Part shown: piece by piece, positions 12,130-24,529 of the stretch | How positions within the stretch are numbered: position 1 is the first letter of the stretch | Layout: each line of letters begins with the position of its first letter | Assembly: GCA_043228905.1 (NCBI GenBank) | Contig: JBHGNT010000001.1 | Span: 16,368,001-16,432,000, forward strand | From: Azolla caroliniana | Taxonomy: Eukaryota > Plantae > Polypodiophyta | Direction: 5' to 3' | Length of the DNA stretch: 64,000 nucleotides | Translations under genes and position numbers: made by a program | The notes under the pieces: generated by a model | Databases searched by the model: none | What the model was told of the DNA's origin: nothing | What the model saw: only the letters and a program-made list of their open reading frames with translations

Positions 12130-12990
12130 ATCTACCTATAAAACAAAATTATCTATGTCTTCATCACCTCAAACAAATATGCTTCGATCCCCACACCATC
12201 TACACTCAACCTTATCACAAAACAAAATTTTGCTTCATTCGGTCCGCATCAACCATCTCGCCGCTTACCACCAAGGTCCTGTACAAATAACAACAAAATG
12301 AGTCTAGTGTGTTTCTCATCCCCTCATGATCTGCTTCGGCCTCCCCCACCATCATCACTCATAAAAACTGACAAATTTCTTCATTTAGTCCGCATCAACC
12401 ATCTCGTCGATTACCACCATGGTCATGTGTAGATAACAACAAAATAAGTGAAAAATGTTTCCTCATCCCCTCATGATTTGCTTCAACCCTCACACCATCA
12501 CCACTCATCCTCTCGTCATGATAAATATGCTTCAAACCCCATCGCCATCATCCCTCAACCTATGAGAACCATAATATCTTCTTAAGTCAACCCACATCTA
12601 AAGCATCTCGTTGATCCTCTTGCCATCTTGCCGATTACCGCTAAAATCCTGTACTGATAGCCAAAAAATGAGTGAAAAAAATTCCTCACCTTCTCATAAT
12701 AATCTACTTTAGCCCCCACACCAACATCACTCATCTTGATCACAAAAACAGAAAACCAGCTTCCTCATGTCCATATCCACCATCTCGCTATCTTCGATTA
12801 TCTCAGGATTTCCACCGATTACCGCTAAAATCTTGTATTGACAGCCAAAAAATGAGTAAAAAAATTCCTCACCTTCTCATAATACTCTGCTTCAGCCCCC
12901 ACACCATCATCCCTCATCTTGATCACAAAACAAAAAAACTAGTTTCCTCGTGTCCACATCCACCATCTGGCTATCTCCAATTATCATCAA
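12130..12990. repeat. Diverged tandem repeat with about 147-bp and about 184-bp units
   Basis: 12234-12361 resembles 12377-12507; 12631-12802 resembles 12815-12985; all share AAAATGAGT..TCCTCA..TGCTTC..CACCATCA cores. Confidence 0.8.
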
Positions 12991-13067
12991 CACCTTGTAC
13001 ATTAAAAGAGCCTTCCTACCGCAACTGCCTCCTCCATGTTAACTCATGTTGTTTGCAGTAAGAATGG

Positions 13068-13391
13068 TGTTGAATATGGGCTTCTAATGGACATATTCAC
13101 ATTATCCTTTTTCGTACACACTAAGCTTAGGCTATTTATGTAAAAAGTGAGAAGGGCAGTTGCCCTAAGTCAGTAAGTATATAAACTGACTTTGTAACCT
13201 AGTTAGTGTTTCAGTTTTTAAAGTTATAATAGACTCTTGACATTGTGTCGAACTCTCTCTCTCTCTCTTGCATACTAGTTGTTTTATTTTCTGTCTTTGC
13301 TGCCATCAAAGCTATGATCTTGCATTCATTTACGATCTTATCCTAGAAGTATGTTGATCTTGTTCCGCATTAGATGACGATATTCCCAACA
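13068..13391 (+). repeat. Candidate short LTR
   Basis: TGTTG...CAACA termini, TATATAA, CT-rich tract; no matching TSD. Confidence 0.4.
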
Positions 13392-13449
13392 TAGTGCTAG
13401 TGATGGGAACAACTAACGAGGTGGCACGTAGTTCCATCTTACCTCAATG

Positions 13450-14029
13450 CCTGCATCTAACTTTATAGGAATAACGTAGTTCCTTCTTTTTCGATAATTT
13501 AGTGGTGTTTCCAGAACCCTGATAACTGTCATAATCACCTTTAACTGTATGTACCAATAAGTTCCAAAAAGACTTTTACCTGATCGACAATGTGAGTGTT
13601 TTCATCATTGTATAACTTGGAACACCTAGCTTTCCAAAGAACCCATAAATCCAAAGAGGAGACAATCTGCCAAACATAAGTCCCCAAGAAGAACTTGATT
13701 CCCTATAAGGAACTTGAAGTAGAATATACCTGAAAACTTCTCACATGTAAACCAAGGAAGAATGATGATAATGATAAAAAGCCACTTGCGACCTAATGTC
13801 TCACCTGCAAACCCACACATAACACATGACCGATTACTCCCCGATCCCCTTAGCAAATCACCTACTGGCAATGCATAATGAATCATCAACCACCGAAAAT
13901 GCAAGATCTTATTCATGCATTCAATTGACCAAAACTGTTTCCAAAACATCAACATATGAGAAGATGAGACATTACCTTCCTCCAAATACATTTTTCCAGC
14001 AGGTATCGACTCAGTCTGCTTCAACATAA
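13450..14029 (-). pseudogene. LINE ORF2 C-terminal zf-RVT remnant
   Basis: FWKQFWSIECMNKILHFRWLMIHYALPVGDLL..SCVMCGFAGETL matches the zf-RVT pattern of plant L1 elements. Confidence 0.8.
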
Positions 14030-14495
14030 CATCACTAAAGTTGAATATGTTTGTTGTCCGCCAGAATAGTAATCGACGGACAAGAGCGTAGGAATAAGAA
14101 ATAATATAATATCATAACGCATGTAACAGTTCACGCAGGAAGCGTGAACAGCTAAAAAGACCCTGCGTATATAAAGGGTAGAAAACCTCTGATAGAGGGG
14201 GCATGTATTTTTTGGAATGTAAAGAAGCGTATCATAATAGAATCCTATCTTCTCTGAAAATCTATGTATAGCTACGGCTAATCTATTGTGTGTCTGGAAT
14301 ACCTAAGAGTGTAAGAACGTGAGTGTAACCACTGCTAAGGAGTCGGTTGTAGCCGTATCCCTTATATGCTGCTAGGTTACGAGGAACATTCCCCTACGTA
14401 TTACGCATAGACACCACCATTCGTTGTTTCACAATCACTTGGAGGGCTAGGTCGAAGGACTGACCACAAACCGTGTTCCTAACCGGTAACACTTT

Positions 14496-14509
14496 TGGCA
14501 TGCTTGGTG
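14496..14509 (+). promoter_or_regulatory. PBS of element B (tRNA-Arg type)
   Basis: TGGCATGCTTGGTG vs TGGCACGCCTGGTG expected for plant tRNA-Arg(UCU), recalled from memory; two C>T differences. Confidence 0.75.
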
Positions 14510-14545
14510 ATCTGTGTCTTCTCATAGACGAACAATGATGAATCG

Positions 14546-17500
14546 ATGTTTAGCCGCAGACGCCCCAGAGAACCAACACGACAAGACCGGCCAATCACAA
14601 GGTCCGTCACACGCCAGGCAGAGGAACGCGCACGGCAAAAGCCTCGCCTCAGCGACCTCAGTACTACCTGCCGTGATTACAAAGGTGATTCTTCGCTCTC
14701 CAAATACCTCGACGATACACGGGGAGCACGCTCACCACAGCAACACTGTGGTCTTTCCCGACCCGCCGTAGCCCCCGGCATGGCCTTTGCCTATCCCCGC
14801 TTTAACGGCGAAACCGACGCCGCAACCCATATTCGCATGTTCCTCAATGTCTAAAATGTGAACCGCCTGGCGCAGAGCCTTTCGGAGGGGGTAGTGCACC
14901 AGTCGAAAATGATGGAGTTCGGGTTAACATTGGAAGGGCGAGCGACATTTTGGCATTCACAAATGGATTTGCCAGCAATCACAACCTTCGATCAGCTGCA
15001 GTCCACTTTCTTGCGGTTCTTCCATCGGAGGGTTCCACAACGCGAAATCGTCGGACAATTCTATACGATTAAGCAACTGCCGACCGAGACGATCGCAGAC
15101 TTCACCTTACGTTTCCAAAATTTACGACGGAAACTAGAACAGAACCCCACGGAGGATGAGGCTCGAGAGACATTTCTGACAGCATTACGCCGACCTATAC
15201 GGGCAACGCTCAACAACAATAGCGTGAAAGGGGAAATGGCGGATATGGTCATTGAACGAGCATTACAGCTCGAGTTGGACGAGGAGGAGGAAAGGTTTTC
15301 TATATCCTCCTTACGACAAGCGTTACCCCAAGACGAGGAACGCCAGTTTCGTCAAGCAATCCAATGCACGATTTGCTTGAACTCGGGGCATTCCGCAGTG
15401 GAATGCAACATGCGAATCCACTGCCCAATCTATCACTCGAAGGCTCACACAGTCGACCAATGCGAATACAATATGTTGAAGAGAGCCGCTCCCTCAGTAC
15501 GCAACATGGACACACAGTGTCCCCCACGCCATATTGAACAAAGGAGGCAAGAAAACCGACCACGGTATGTGGATCGCAACCCACGTGACGACCGGCACCA
15601 CCAGAATTCCGAGGAAGACGAACTAGAGGATGAGGATTATCGTGGACCTTCGAGTTTGTGCTAAAGGGGGTCGGGCTATGAGAATCACCAACCGACAAAC
15701 AAACATGGTGGCTTCAATGGTTATCGTGGGAAGCCGCGACAATATCGAGATCACCGGCGTTACGACGAAAGCTCGGGAGATGAGCGACACCAAGAACCAC
15801 GCCGGGACCAACAGCAACGACCGCGTGCGTTCTGACAAACGAGGCCGAACCGTGAGGAGCAAGTCGCACCAGGGGATCGGCACACACCACCAGGAGCCGA
15901 GAAGGGCGAATCAAGCATCCATTGTTTTGTTTGTCAGCAGCCCGGACATTATGCCACACAATGCCTAGCACGCAAAGGCAAGGGGCCCGCCGTCAATACG
16001 ATTACGGCGGAAGTGCAGCAAGTCACGACACGCCAGCAAACAAAACGGTTGATTGTGCTGCACAAGATGAGATACAACGACAAGCCCATGCATGGGTGGA
16101 AAAAGCAAACGTGACCAATACAGAGCGCATGCAGAAGGAGTCCGCGAATACGAGGGAGCGAGCGGAGGACGAAGGACTGGTCTTGGACCCCATTTGGCAG
16201 GCATTAGCAGGCTGTGAGATTATGTTAACCATGGAGAAGCTGCTGCAGCTAGTCCCATGCTTCCGCGAGACCATGGAAGAACGGGTGACGGGCATACCTG
16301 GGGTGAGCGTTGCTACAAACCTTATAGACGTTAGCGACAGACCACATGTAGTGGATCACCACAACCCGGCTATTAGATTGATATTACACGGACAAGAAAT
16401 TCCTGGATGCGTAATCGATGGCGGCTCGGGCGTTAACGTAATTAGCGCGAAAACTTGTGAGCGGTTAGGCATTTTAGAATGGGAGGCTTGCCCATTCTAG
16501 CTCTGAATGGTAGATACTCGCTCAGTACGACCATTGGGGTTAATTCGCAAGATAGGCATTATTGTGGCCGGACATCGCTTTGACATCTCGGCGGTCGTCC
16601 TCGCCTTGGACGCCCCAGGGGCATACCCAGTGCTTCTGGGCAGACCATAGCTTCGGGCAGCAAATATCAAGCAGAGCTGGCAACACAAGTGTATCAGTTT
16701 CCGACACGGACGCACTAAGGTTCGAAAGGGAGATGGAAATTTCACGACGAGTCACCGCCTCCGCCCTGGAAGAAGTAAATGTGGGTACGGAGTCGGAACC
16801 CCGTTTCCTTCCTCTCCATCGCAAAGGAATTAAGGCCGGACCAGAGAACCACGATGATCGCACTACTCAAGAAATATAAAGATGTGTTCTCTTGGGCTCA
16901 CGAGGACATGAAGGGGTTAGATCCCAAGTTCTATCAATATAAGATCAATTTAGCAACCGACGCAAAACCCGTCCAGCAGCGCCGCTACCGCATGAACCCA
17001 AACTACGCGACCCGCGTAAAAGAAGAAATTGACAAACTCCTGAAGGCAGGGTTCATACGGCCGGTTAAACAATCCACATGGTTAAGTCTGATAGTAGTCA
17101 TTCCAAAGAAAAACGGCAAAATACGGGTATGCGTGGATTACTGAAAATTAAACGTCGTAACCATTACGGACGCATTCCCTTTAGCATTCACCGATAGCGT
17201 ACTGGACTCCGTCGTAGGACATGAGATGTGCAGTTTTTTAGATGGCTTCAGTGGGTATAAGCAGGTACGCATGCATCTCGAGGACCAAGAGAAGACGGCA
17301 TTTGTCACGGACTGGGGAGTGTGTGGCAGTCTTCATGATGTTCGGACTAAAGACGGCGCCGACAACATTTCAACGGACAATTACGGAGATCTTTGGGGAA
17401 TATATTCCGACGTTCATGGAAGTTTTTTTAGACGACTTTGCAGTATATGGGAGAACAATAGACCATTTTACGCACTTGCAACTGTGCCTGGAACGATGCT

Positions 17501-18540
17501 GCACCGCACGCTTAAGCCTGAATCCCGCGAAATGTGCCTTTGGCGTGACCAGCAGGACTCTCCTAGGCCATATAGTCAGCAAGGAGGGAATAGCGGTCGA
17601 TCCGAACAAGATCTCCACGATTAGACAAGCCAAAACTTCGACAAACGCGAAATCACTCAGCCGGTTTTTAGGACAAATACGGTGGCATAGTCGGATGATA
17701 CGATATTTGGTGGACTTCGCCACACCGTTACATGCTGTCATGTATCGGACTCCCTTCCAATGGACCGCAACGGAGAACAAGGGCTATGAGGCACTTAAGA
17801 TAATGCTCACAAAGGCCCCTGTCATACAACCACCAGTTTGGGACAAGCCATTCCACGTGTTCGTCGACGCCTCGGACATAGTCCACAAGAAGAGTACGCC
17901 ATATTATCCACAGGTGAATGGGTTAGCGGAATCCACCAACAAGAAGTTGCAGACCATCTTGAAGAAAATTGTCAATGAAAATAGAAGGGACTGGGATACC
18001 AAATTACAGAGTGTGTTATGGGCGTACAGAACCAGCTACAAAATAAGCATACAGTCAACACCGTTTCGACTAGCATTTGGGCTGGAGGTTGTGATGCCGG
18101 TAGAATTTCAGATACCCAGTTTGTGGATTCACGTACGGGACCGACTATCGGAAGCTAAGTCGGAGGAGGTACGGCTCCACCAGCTACTCGAACTCGGGGA
18201 AAAACGCGTACATAGGATGGCTATGTTGGAGTAGGAACAACGACGACGTAAACCGTTTGTGGATCGACATCGGAACGCAAGGGAAAAGGATTTCGCCATC
18301 AGTCGAGTGGTGCTAGTTTTCCAAACCCACATGGGCCATATGCTAGGGAAGTTACGATTCCGCTGGAGAGGCCCATACTGGATAATTGGAGCGGAACAAG
18401 GCACGTTCCAACTAGGTACGCTGGCTAGGGAAGTAGTATGGTAAAAGGTGAATGGGTTTCGCCTTAAACCTTACCTGGGCCCTACGCCACCTAACCCATT
18501 CACTGTCAGACAGGACAAAGCCGGAGAACTTGCAGCGTAA
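14546..18540 (+). pseudogene. gag-pol: Element B gag-pol, disrupted
   Basis: Gag with CTICLNSGHSAVEC; protease VIDGGSGVNVI; RT RVCVDY, FLDGFSGY, FLDDF; RH start VDASDI fused to INT VHKKSTPYYPQ; GPY motif. Confidence 0.9.
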
Positions 18541-18864
18541 GTGGATGGCCCCACTTGTATCATAATAGACTGTATGTAACCGTTACGAAAAAAAAAAAAA
18601 AAGAGAAGATTGCGACACTATTAAAAGGACTAAATGCATGCACAGACTCCTAGATCAAGAACACGCGGCACCACGATGGCTCACCGCCCAATGAACCCTA
18701 AGCCACAAAAAGAAGGAAATAGAAGATCTTCTACACAAAACAGAAAGCCACCTTCTAACTATCAGCGCTCCCATCGCTGCTCCCCCTCACCTTCTCCTCC
18801 ATCCTATCACAGAGCTCCAGCCCACCGCAACCACCAGTCTCCTCCCCACGAACCTACTCTGGCG

Positions 18865-21452
18865 ATGTCGATCTTCATCTCTACTGCCTTACGCCGATGG
18901 CTCGTGGAGAAACGCTTGGATGGGTAAATCCGGGTCGCAGAAGCACCCCCACACCCGGATGCCATGGACATCGCCAGAAAGCTTAACATCGACACGGTCA
19001 CCAACTCTTCCATCCGGAAAAAGTTGGACCTGTCATCGCTAGGCGAAAGGCATTTCGAAATCCCTCCTGTAGAGGCGTTGCAGAGATATTTCGGGCTATA
19101 TTCCTCCTCCGCAAGGCCTATAGAACGAAGCAGATCCCGGATCCCTTCTTCCGTGAAGTCGCCAAGTTCCTGTTAGAGGTCGGTTGCGTACACGTCAATG
19201 CATATGGGATGCCCAAGCAGAAGGCGGGTATCATTATTGATACCTTTGGAGGGTGTGCAGTCGATTGGGGGGTCATCACAGGGTCGACGTTAAGGGAAGG
19301 CATGCATGCGTATCAGGTAGGCAAGAAGCTCAGGCCGATCATACAATAGTACTTTACGGTGTTATTCCCACCCCGAGGCCTGTCGGCACCGCAACCCAGC
19401 TGACCCACGCCTCCACCCCGATCTGCAAAGCGCAGGTTAGCAGAGTTAGCTGCCCCAGAGTGGGAAGAGGAACCCCAACCCGCCTAGCTAGACACACGGA
19501 CAACGTAGGAGGAACAACCGGCACGCTCCGCGGTAGCAGCCCTAGAGCTAGACCCCGAAACACGTCAGGATAGCCCCAGACCAAAACGGCGGAGATTGGA
19601 CAGGAAAGATGGGCGGGTATTAGTCAAAGATGTCCGGGAGCCATGGCCGATCATTACGACCCAGTCCCAACGAGGGAAAGCCGTATTGACGGCGGAAAGC
19701 GAGGTTTTGGCATATCCAGATATCCCGGACACGCCCTCTTACAATTCAGAACCTCTTTTGAGCTCATGGAATTCCTGACAACGCAACAGATAAAGGCCTC
19801 ACAACGAATGGCCGAGGAGCACGCGGAGCGCCAGATGATCGAGCGCGCCTTAACACAAACGGCGGAGAGCGACAATGACGACCAGCTAGCCAGGGTCGAC
19901 CGACAGAGAAACGCCGATGTACGCCGAGTGGGGATGGAGCTACCCCCATTAAACACGGCCCTAGTCAAAGTCCATAGGGAACTGGCAAAGGTCAGCACGG
20001 GCGCCAAGGAGATGGCCATTAAAAATAAGAATGTCTGGAAGAAGGTGAAAATGACCCAAGCCGAGCTGTAAAGAGCCAACGAACGCATCGTAGAGTTGAA
20101 ATCTAACGTGACTACGGCGCAACAGGCAACTCTGCCACCAAACCACGCCATTGACGCTTTGAAGGAAGAAATTGAGGCTCAGACCGCCATCGCCTCAAGC
20201 AAAAAGGCTCGTGCAACTAGCGGAATCAGAAATTGACCGCCTTCGAGCTGAACTGCGCCAATCCTCAAACAAAGAAAAGGAGATCCAGGCTAACGGCCGG
20301 AAGGCAGTAAAAACCCTTGAAGAGAAACTCGCTGCGGAGGTAGCACAGCACATCCGGACAAAAGACGAAAACGCCCAATTACGGGATGAAGCGCAAAAAT
20401 CGGAGGCGGCAATCGCGGGACTCCGGACCTTATTGGATGAAAAGAAGGTATGGTTCGAAGAGCAGCTGGTGGTCGAACAGGAAAGAAGGCATCAACTCGA
20501 AATCCACCTAAACAATGAAATGGGGAAACTAGAAGAACACCATGCAAAGGAATCCCAATTGTGGGTGGGCCTGAAGACCACGTACGAAGAAGCGGCGGCG
20601 GTTAGGCAGCAAGAAATTGCAAACCTCAAGAAGTCGGTAGAGGACGCACACAACCGTTGCTAGGCCATCACAGACAACGTGTATATCCTTCTACAAACAA
20701 ATCGGGAGAGGTTTACAATGCAATTGAAAACGGCGCTAGACAAAGGATGGATGGCGTGGGCAACCCAAGTAGCGGAATTGCACGCGTATCGTGCGGACTG
20801 GGAGAACCGGCGAAAAGACCTAGCGCAAGACTATCGTGCGCTAGCAGACCAACATTCCGAAGAACTCGCGCAACTCTTAGATGATTTTGGTGAAAGCCAA
20901 GAGGAGCTATTTCACCAGATCACACAAACCGGCAGCATGCAAACAAATGAGGAATCCATCGCAATGCCAATTCCGGGCACGACCGAAGAAGAGGAACCTC
21001 AGGCCAGATCACCAGAAATTACAACGACGGTGAACAGCACGGACCGACGAGCGGAGTTCCCCACAATACCAGACAGCGAAACCGCTACCCAAGAGGAGCC
21101 CCATCCGCAAGAGCCCATGCTATCGGTGAACCACATGGAGAACGTTGCGGGCCAGGCGGAATCGCAACCCCACTCCCCGGAGCGTACAACAACGACCGAC
21201 ACCACGGAGGAAGTGACGATTGAGACAGAGCCGCGGTCGACCGCAAGCATGATGACAGCTGAGCCCAACCCACTAGCTCAAGAAGAGCCCATTGTACCCT
21301 CACCGCCCACACAGGACAACCACGACACCAGGAGAAGCCATTCCGACCAAACAGGGGAACCACACCACGATGCACCTACGGGCCCTACGTCGCCTCCGGA
21401 CGCGGACACCGTAGCAGAGCCAAACATCCAGGCCATTTTGGAAGAAGATTAA
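18865..21452 (+). pseudogene. Element B extra 3' ORF (globular domain, coiled coil, acidic tail), disrupted
   Basis: Homologous to the C extra ORF (LQRYFGLYS vs LIRYFGGYS; PPH); heptad-rich middle; ends NIQAILEED*. Confidence 0.75.
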
Positions 21453-21480
21453 CGGGATGGGTCCGACGTGCCAGGGCACT

Positions 21481-21497
21481 GTCCCACATGCGTGCCA
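21481..21497 (+). promoter_or_regulatory. tRNA-3'-end-like sequence at the PPT position of element B
   Basis: GTCCCACATGCGTGCCA, then GG, then the LTR TG; no purine tract. Confidence 0.75.
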
Positions 21498-21939
21498 GGT
21501 GTCATCCGCCGGAATAGTAACCGACGGACAAGAGCGTAGGAATAAGAAATAATATAAGATCATAACACATGTAACGGTTCACGCAGGAAGCATGAATGAC
21601 TAAAAAGACCTTGCGTATATAAAGGGCAGAAAACCTCTGATAGAGGGGGCGTGTATTTTTTGGAATGTAAAGAAGCGTATCGTAATAGAATCCTATCTTC
21701 TCTAAAAATCTGTGTATAGCTACGGCTAATCTACTGTGTGTCTGGAATACCTAAGAGTGTAAGAACGTGAGTGTAACCACTGCTAAGGAGTTGGTTGTAG
21801 CCATCTCCCTTATACGCTACTAGGTTACGGGGAACATTCCCCTACGTATTACGCATAGACGCCACCATTCGTTGTTTCACAATCACTTGGAGGTCTAGGT
21901 CGAAGGACTAACCGTAGACCGTGTTCCTAACCGGTAACA

Positions 21940-22308
21940 ATGTTGTGGTTGCACTAGTGGCAAAATAAGGAATTTGCATCAAAGTGATACTTGAAGAATT
22001 AAAATTATTCAAAATACCAACATTGGAGTTGACTTGTGATAATAAATCTTGTATAAATCTAAGGTAAAATCCAAAGATGGGTGACAATATTCGACATGTC
22101 TCCTTCAAGAATGATTTCTTACGAGACCTAATCAAGGATAAAAAGATACAAATTAAAGTTCACACCATCACCCTCGATGTGGGTCGACTTTCTTACAAAG
22201 CTAGTTTCAAGTCAAAAGCACATATTGTGTTGCAAGAAGATAGGGGTTCTAAATTTTTCTAAAGTCAAAGAAAAGAACATGATGATTTGATTATTTCATT
22301 AGTGGGGA
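21940..22308 (+). pseudogene. pol: Copia remnant H: RNase H end and PPT-like tract
   Basis: YVVVA, CDNKSCINL, HVSFKNDFLRD; AGTGGGGAC before the LTR-like sequence. Confidence 0.65.
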
Positions 22309-23311
22309 CTATTGAAATAAACAATAATAAAGCATTTTTGGCGAAGAAAAAGAATAAACACGTTCGTGTTCGGAAGTGGAAGGATTGCGCTATCGTTATG
22401 TTTTCGACACATAGTGCAAAACCACCCTCAAAAGAGAATAAAATAGTAATTCAAATAAACTAATGTTGTGAAGTCAAATATTATAATAAATGAAAGGATA
22501 AAAAGTTAGAGGCGGTTTTTCAAAAGTAGAAAAAGGAGAAAAAAGTAGGAAAAAAAGCTAGGCGTGCATATGAGGAGTAAGGTAGAGAAAAAAGCTCATA
22601 ATTTCCTCATCCAATGTCCAAATTAGAAAAGAAAAGATTCATAAGAAAGCTAACATGAAGCGCTTTCCAAATATATCTTGCATGTCAATTTGAGCTTACA
22701 AAAGAGAAATAGGAATAGAAGTAAAAAACGACTCATATAGACAAGTTTTTTTTAGGAGAAAAGAAAAGCAAGCCATAGAAAACCTATAAATAAGAGCTAT
22801 TCTTAAGAAGAAGGGGGAGATGGATGGGGGGATTGCAAGAAGAAAAGATTTATATGTTTCCTCTCTCATACTCTTATACCCTAAAAGGGAATTAGATTGA
22901 TCAATTGAATAAGAAAATATTACATGTTTCCTCTCTCATACTCTCTTTCTTTAAAATTTCCTTATGTATAACTAAAATTAAGTGTTATTCATACTTGCTT
23001 ACTCGAAGCGTTCTTACTCATAAGCATAATTAAGTATTATTCAATCTTGCATCTCGCAATCTTTACTCAAAGATTTTCTTGTGCATAACTATATTCAATA
23101 TTAATCAATCTCTCATATTATCTTACTCTTATTCGAAGGAAATATCTCGTCTTAAAACTGCATAAATCATTTAGCCATAAATCCTTCCGGTCTAGAACCT
23201 CGGTGGTTCCGCCTCACGATCCGCACTTACTAGCAAATTTTCACGAGAGCGCACAATTGGAAGGATAAGGAGTATTCTGTTCGATTTCAAGATTTTTTTA
23301 ACCATCTCACA
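22309..23311 (+). repeat. Putative LTR, related to the solo LTR at 49459-50136
   Basis: Follows a PPT-like tract; CCTATAAATA; shares TTTTTCAAAAGTAGAAAA and AAGGTAGAGAAAAAAGCTCATAA with 49595-49688; boundaries approximate. Confidence 0.55.
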
Positions 23312-23579
23312 AAACATGTGATACCTGTATCACATGTGCTCAAAAACTAAATGTAAAAGCTTAAAATCTCACCATTTCATAAAATTCAAAATTCACAAAT
23401 TTACGCCATGTTTTTTATAACAAACAATATGCATAAGGAGTGATTGATTTAAAAACAATTAAGCTTTATATCATTTGAGTTCTTACAAGCTTATATTTTT
23501 AACTGTTCATGCCAAAAATACAATCAAGATTTATTCCTCTTATAAGAATCACTACTATAGAGCCTAGTATACAATGGCG

Positions 23580-24400
23580 ACTCATCCTCCTCCTCATCAG
23601 ATGTACCAATCAAAGCATTGTTGACATCTAAAACCAAATGTTGTGACTCCAAATCATGTGTAGAAGATCTGGTCTACCTTCGATTTGAGAAGCCTTGTAG
23701 ACTTGGCAATTTCTCTTTTATTATGTCTATTGTAGACTTCCTTAAAGGTCCAACTTTTGTTAATGTAGAGTTGTACACAATGATATCCACCTCTTGTGTC
23801 AAGGGTCGATGTGTTACGAATATTTCTTTTCTACTTCCCATTTCCCCTTGACATTCGGAATTCCATCATCTCCAATGTATACTTGCTTGTAAATGCATTC
23901 TTGCTTTTAGTGTTGTACCAATGAACTTGTAGACTTTATCTGATTTTGGTTTTCATGCATCACCACGTCCAATACTTTACCAATCCAGAATTGGTGCCCT
24001 AGGTCATTATCATCTGTAGGCGTGGCAATTAACATCCCAACCTTCATTTCTTGCAAGTTTCCTTGCCAACGGGCTTCTGTTGTTTTTGTCATCCTCAGTC
24101 CCAAATAAATGTCTCTCTGTTGTGGATGGAGAAAATTGTCAAGATCCACATTCGGTGCATGAGGTGGTGTTTGAGAACTAGACGAGTCTTGTATGGACCA
24201 CATAAATGGTATTTGCAAGGACCAAATACTAGTGAAGGAATGATCAATAATTTCTTTTTTGATCAATAAAGAACACGTCCCACCATGAGGTATCTTGTGG
24301 TCCAACATACTTCTTTGCATTTTGAATGTGCTTCCTTTTTGTCTTGTAAGGCTTGCGTCTAGAAGTTCCTTTGTTCATCTACCAACCCATTGTGCATTTC
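23580..24400 (-). pseudogene. Degenerate coding fragment of unknown, possibly DNA-transposon, origin
   Basis: MKVGMLIATPTDDNDLGHQFWIGKVLDV..VHWYNT reads as protein across frameshifts; not a retroelement motif I recognise. Confidence 0.35.
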
Positions 24401-24529
24401 CTTTTTACTGTCAATCAACATTTGTTTTGCACCATAAACGGTAGTAGATGGCATATGAAGCAAGAACTGACAACCACCTTCTAGCCCCCATTGTGGGGAA
24501 GATGAATATTTCTTTGCATGCAACAACGT

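Larger units (their letters stand above)
11234..14033 (-). mobile_element. 5'-truncated L1-type LINE insertion with long 3' extension
   Basis: Flanked by the direct repeat ACTAAAGTTGAATATGTT (11216-11233, 14034-14051); T-tract at the left end; zf-RVT coding remnant at the right end. Confidence 0.65.
14052..21939 (+). mobile_element. Element B: non-chromovirus Ty3/gypsy element with an extra 3' ORF, internally deleted
   Basis: 440-bp LTRs 14052-14491 and 21500-21939; TSD ATGTT (14047-14051, 21940-21944); PBS TGGCATGCTTGGTG at 14496-14509. Confidence 0.95.

Noticed and set aside
23189-23235. Ribozyme interpretation of the U5 motif
   Set aside because: No hammerhead CUGANGA/GAAA core or HDV-like nested pseudoknot recognisable by eye.
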